A stretch of 64,000 bases of DNA from an uncultured Planctomycetota bacterium (lineage in GTDB: Bacteria > Planctomycetota > Phycisphaerae > Tepidisphaerales > Tepidisphaeraceae). Every line of letters starts with the position of its first letter. Position 1 is the stretch's first letter. A program made the position numbers and the translations under genes. Below the pieces are notes generated by a model. That model was given only the letters and a program-made list of their open reading frames with translations. It was not told the origin of the DNA and ran no database searches. The stretch spans positions 32,001 through 96,000 of the forward strand of contig CAWJEN010000003.1 in the NCBI GenBank assembly GCA_963841915.1, read 5' to 3'. Shown here in pieces: positions 60,801 to 64,000 of the stretch.

Positions 60801-61783
60801 TCAACCGTGGTGCGATTCGTCTGCTCGACGGTGCGGACGTGACGATCAACCCGTTCGGCAACAACACGTTTCAGAACCAGGGCATCATCGACCTGTCACC
60901 GACCAGCGTGCTCGACGTCATCGGCGACATGACGTTCGGCGGCGTGAGCCAGCCGGTGATCCGCAGCGAGATTGCAAGCCTCACCGACTTCGGCCGCGTC
61001 AACGTCAGTGGCAGTTTCGACCTCAACTCGCCCGACTCGACGAGCCGGTTCGACCCGGACCTCGTCGGCGGATTCGACCCCGAGGTCGGCGACAGCTTTG
61101 CCGTCATAACGGCAACGGGTGGCGTGGCCAACGGATTCGACTCGTTCCAGGGCGGCGAAGACCCTAGTGGCGATGTGCTGGCGGTTTCGCGTCCGAACAG
61201 CAGCACCGTGGCCGTGGCCGTCGTTCCCGGCCCGCTGCCGCCGGCTCCGCAGATTCTGGACCAGGCATTCGAGTTCCAGACGCGGCTGGCCGTGACGTTC
61301 ACGTTCGACCAGGACGTGTCGGCCTTCCTGTCGCGTAGCGACTACACCATCACGAACGTCGACACGGGCGAGGTGTTGCCACAGTCGGCCGGCGTGTTGA
61401 GCTTCAACTCAACGAGCAATCAGGCCGTGCTTGACCTGACCGGCAGCGTGCCCAACGGCAACTACCAGCTCGTTGTACAGGCCAGCGACATTGCCAACGG
61501 TGCGGGTGTGCCGGCCAGCGGGTCGCCGATCACGCTGGACTTCTTCGTTCTCGCCGGCGACGCCAACCGCGACCGCCAGGTGAGCATCCTCGACTTTGCC
61601 ATCCTGCGTGGCAATTTCGGCACGGGCAGCGGGGCGACCTTCACGCAAGGCGACTTCAACTACGACGGAAGCGTCTCCATCCTCGACTTTGCAGTGCTCA
61701 GGGCCAACTTCGGGCAGAACCTGCCGGTCCCGATGGCCTCCTTGTTCGCAACCGAGAACGAGGAACGTCTGACGCTGCGGTAG
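57854..61783 (+). CDS. Large secreted repeat protein with planctomycete ESLExRxLL N-terminus and dockerin-like C-terminus
   Basis: IESLETRRLLA; G/T/N-rich repeats; paired GDANRDRQVSILDFAILRGNFG / GDFNYDGSVSILDFAVLRANFG. Confidence 0.9.
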   Translation: MNRHHLIESLETRRLLAALSWDGGGDGTTFEDPLNWSTNVVPGAADDVTVDVAANPTIVISESRVLRSLNNSEVFEVTAAAASRTLTITQGGHNSGTMVLTGTGLGVSSLALGSTFTNSGTIRFDTAAGSAERRITLNQTNPVAFVNDGIINVTAGTDAVLLGNGAAIATFTQNGNINVDATGQLIVQSVSFDYVGGTNSDGLFVASSVLDLVDADAASTLSAVASNTLAGFDSPDLTLAIRGDAGGFSSASLTNSGVAMTMNGDIDIETAGTASATLTLTGNVTNQGTIGLTGTGSGTATFNIGGTFTNVGTVRVDQGSGTGGRNVRLNQTNPVAFVHSGTLDVTAGTETAIQGSGATISTFTQNGTISVGAGGELIVQSVSLNYVGGTHTSGFFVTSSLLDLDDSDAALTLTGVGSNTLAGHDAANLTLSVAGNGVGGFFTASLTNGGVAMSINGDIDLVTNGTASVNLTLTGLVTNNAQITLTGDDTGGVNFSIGGTFTNDGTIRIDQGSGTGTRLLRLNQTNPVAFVNNGTLATTAGTAIEVTGIGPAITTFTQNGLISVGAGGQLIIGSVRLNYVGGAHTSGLFVTSSVLDLNDSDTAVTLVAVGSNTLAGHDAANLTLTSTGNAISGFSTATLSNNGVDMTFNGDIVIAADGTGTSNFTLTGLVTNNGVITLTGSGTGGTNFNVGNTFTNNGSLTIDQSTGSGAKIVRLNQTNPVALVNNGTIDVAAGTSADILGNGATITTLTQNGQINVAPGSDLTLSSTQLDYIGGSNTSGLLVTAGNLNLLNAASSSEVVGIGTNLLLAHAAANLTLAAEGGVAGNTTATIRTSSDLVSNGPIILRGNGTSAANLLVGGTFTNNSTVTLERGTGSGGRTISMNQTTPAAFVNVGTVAVAADVNASITGTTGPFINTSLVSVADGARLALSGQSNLYDAAGTFLSGGRYVIADGGELDLPNATVLTAEIEAFGSAEIDLLRLEFNRGAIRLLDGADVTINPFGNNTFQNQGIIDLSPTSVLDVIGDMTFGGVSQPVIRSEIASLTDFGRVNVSGSFDLNSPDSTSRFDPDLVGGFDPEVGDSFAVITATGGVANGFDSFQGGEDPSGDVLAVSRPNSSTVAVAVVPGPLPPAPQILDQAFEFQTRLAVTFTFDQDVSAFLSRSDYTITNVDTGEVLPQSAGVLSFNSTSNQAVLDLTGSVPNGNYQLVVQASDIANGAGVPASGSPITLDFFVLAGDANRDRQVSILDFAILRGNFGTGSGATFTQGDFNYDGSVSILDFAVLRANFGQNLPVPMASLFATENEERLTLR

Positions 61784-61814
61784 GCAGACGGCACGTGTAG
61801 ACCGTTACAAACCA

Positions 61815-61844
61815 AACGCCCGCCGGCAGATGCCGGCAGGCGTT
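61815..61844. terminator. Hairpin between the convergent CDS and tRNA
   Basis: aacgcccgccggca-ga-tgccggcaggcgtt. Confidence 0.6.
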
Positions 61845-61857
61845 GTTCGTATCGCAG

Positions 61858-61931
<74 letters not shown>

Positions 61932-62125
61932 ATCGTGAGGGCAGCGTAGGCATCGCAACGACGCAGTCAACCGGCCGTCTTGCCGCGGCAGATGCTCTTC
62001 GTGCGGTTGAACCTGGCGGTCTGGATGCCGTACATTCCCCGATGACAGGCCACGGCGGCAACTCGACCGGCAAAGGACGCCGGGCGGTCGTCGAGGCACA
62101 GCAGGTGGTGGCAAAGGAGTGCCCT

Positions 62126-62935
62126 ATGGCCGGTGAGACGGCGATGCACAAAACGCTCAAGAAGGAAGCCTGCCGGTGGATGTTCCGCCAGGGCTACCGC
62201 TCCGTCGCGGCCGAAGTTCGTGTGCCGCCACTAGGCATCATCGATGCGGTCGGCGTCGGCACGTTCCGCGCGTACCACAACTACCTGTCAACGCCTTACG
62301 CGCTTCCGCAGACTGTCTTTGTTGAGTGCAAGCAGAGTCGAGGCGATTTCCTGCGTGACTGCTGCAAGGACACGAATCAGCTCAAGCTTGCGTTGAAGGC
62401 CAAGCGGGAAGATTGGCTGCGTCGCGGCTTTGAGCGTCGACACCGCAAGATTCGCGGCCAGGCCGGTCTCGGTAAGTTCAAGAGCTGCCTGCTCACGCCA
62501 ATGGCCCAGTTGCATTACGTCATGGCACCGGCCGGCCTGCTGAAGAAAAGCGACCTGCCGCCACGTTGGGGTTTGCTGACGCTCGGTGACGGCGGCGTGA
62601 GCGTGACCGTGCGGGCCGACTGGTGCGAGACAGCATCCTGCGGCATCGTCGAAGGCTGCATTGCCAGAACGCTTACCGGCGACCTCTATCGGGCCGACGA
62701 TCGTGCGATGGCAAGCGTGAACCGTGAGCTGTTTGCCCAGCAGCAACAACTGGCCGACAAAATTCGCGCGCTCACGCCCGGGATCCTGGAGCAGCAACGC
62801 CACGCGGCCAATGTCGATCGGCCTGCGTCATCGCCCAAGACGCTGTTCGAGCCGGCCGAGGCCGAGCCGACGGCCGGTGACATGATGCGGCCGACCGTGC
62901 GTGGTCGTCGGGCGGCGCGGCGTCTGGCGTCGTGA
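62126..62935 (+). CDS. PD-(D/E)XK nuclease-like protein (MmcB-like)
   Basis: AEV...IDAVG...VECKQSRGDFLRD...HYVMAPAGL..LPPRWGLL; AAGGAG RBS. Confidence 0.72.
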   Translation: MAGETAMHKTLKKEACRWMFRQGYRSVAAEVRVPPLGIIDAVGVGTFRAYHNYLSTPYALPQTVFVECKQSRGDFLRDCCKDTNQLKLALKAKREDWLRRGFERRHRKIRGQAGLGKFKSCLLTPMAQLHYVMAPAGLLKKSDLPPRWGLLTLGDGGVSVTVRADWCETASCGIVEGCIARTLTGDLYRADDRAMASVNRELFAQQQQLADKIRALTPGILEQQRHAANVDRPASSPKTLFEPAEAEPTAGDMMRPTVRGRRAARRLAS

Positions 62936-62971
62936 CCTGCGGGCGGGCGACGCATCTGTTAGAGTGCGGGC

Positions 62972-64000
62972 ATGCGATGGTTCGCCGCAGGATGTGTCGT
63001 TGCACTATTTGCCTCGGTGACCCTTGCCCAATCAACGGCACCGCTGGCCGATGACGTCGCGACCGCGATCGAGCAGCTTGGGGTCTCGTCCTTCCGCGAG
63101 CGCGAGACGGCCCAGCGGTCGTTGTTGGCTTATGCGACACGCGACCCGGCAGTTCGACAGAAAGTCAAGTCGGCGGCGAGCGATCATCCGTCGGCCGAAG
63201 TGCGTGCCCGGGCGGCTGCGGTGCTGGCACGGCTGGATGACCGCGACCGTTTCGGCCAGAGCTTCGTCACGCTGTCGATCGACGGCACCATGCTCGACGC
63301 AGTCATCGCGCTGAATGACCTCATGGACGGTGGAGACGGCAGTCCTAGCTCGCCCAATCGCGTTGCTGCACAGCAGGAGTTTTTTGGCGACGACGCGGCA
63401 GCCGCTGCGATTCCGGTGACGTTCGATGTCGTCGGCGTGCCCTTTTGGGAGGTGGTCACGGAGCTGGGGCACCAGACTGGTTTCTGGCCGATCGAGCACG
63501 CCGGCCGTGGCAACGGCATGCTTGTCACACGTGGTCGACAGAGCGTCGGTAACTACCCGACGGTCATCGACACCGACACGGTCACCTCGGCCATTCGTGT
63601 CGAAATGCAGGGCTCGCAACGGTCGCGGAACGCGTCCATCGACTTCGGCCTGCCGGGAAACGGCCGCGGCAATCAAGACAACAGCTCGGCATCGATTACG
63701 CTGCGGCTGTTGTTTGAGCCCAAGCTTATCATCTCCAGCCAATCGCCCGTTGCCGTTCAGGTTAAGGAAGCAACGGACGCGGCGGGCAATGACTTGCTCG
63801 GCGAGTTGAACCGCGCGCAAGGCATGCATCGAAGCATGATCAACGAAGGCTGGTTGGCGACGGTGGCCGTTCCGCTGGACCCGACGCTGACTGCCTCTGC
63901 CGATAGCGTGGCCAGGTTAGTAGGCGAGGCCAGTGTGGACGTGGCCGAGGAGGTCGGAACCTTGGAGGCCGACATCGCAGATGCCGTGGCGTCGTTGACG
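62972..64000 (+). CDS. Exported hypothetical protein with N-terminal HEAT-like helices (runs off the window)
   Basis: MRWFAAGCVVALFASVTLAQ signal peptide; IEQLGVSSFRERETAQ...SAEVRARA. Confidence 0.7.
   Translation, partial: MRWFAAGCVVALFASVTLAQSTAPLADDVATAIEQLGVSSFRERETAQRSLLAYATRDPAVRQKVKSAASDHPSAEVRARAAAVLARLDDRDRFGQSFVTLSIDGTMLDAVIALNDLMDGGDGSPSSPNRVAAQQEFFGDDAAAAAIPVTFDVVGVPFWEVVTELGHQTGFWPIEHAGRGNGMLVTRGRQSVGNYPTVIDTDTVTSAIRVEMQGSQRSRNASIDFGLPGNGRGNQDNSSASITLRLLFEPKLIISSQSPVAVQVKEATDAAGNDLLGELNRAQGMHRSMINEGWLATVAVPLDPTLTASADSVARLVGEASVDVAEEVGTLEADIADAVASLT

Overview
GC-rich bacterial chromosomal window. It is most likely from a Planctomycete of class Phycisphaerae, inferred from LEPR-XLL/ESLExRxLL proteins, an H-X9-DG prepilin-like gene, PEP-CTERM proteins and a CGYDL...CPECG membrane protein. 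It is probably origin-proximal, with four perfect parS palindromes (TGTTCCACGTGGAACA) in two doublets and mnmE. It carries housekeeping genes (ppc, split coaC/coaB, mnmE, nfo, carA, valS, typA, purQ, tRNA-fMet), an exopolysaccharide cluster (44.5-54.7 kb), motAB, two SPFH genes, a tricorn-like S41 protease, several large secreted proteins, and a cobalamin riboswitch upstream of a PEP-CTERM gene plus a DUF1559-like pilin gene. The standout observation is valS: a complete HUH/Y1 REP-associated tyrosine transposase (RAYT-like) domain is embedded in frame, with no start or stop of its own. It is flanked by two REP doublets, and two more REP doublets of the same family sit in frame elsewhere in the gene. 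Several genes (ppc, the TA pair, the S41 protease) show frameshifts that may be sequencing errors. All calls come from reading the sequence; no database searches were run.
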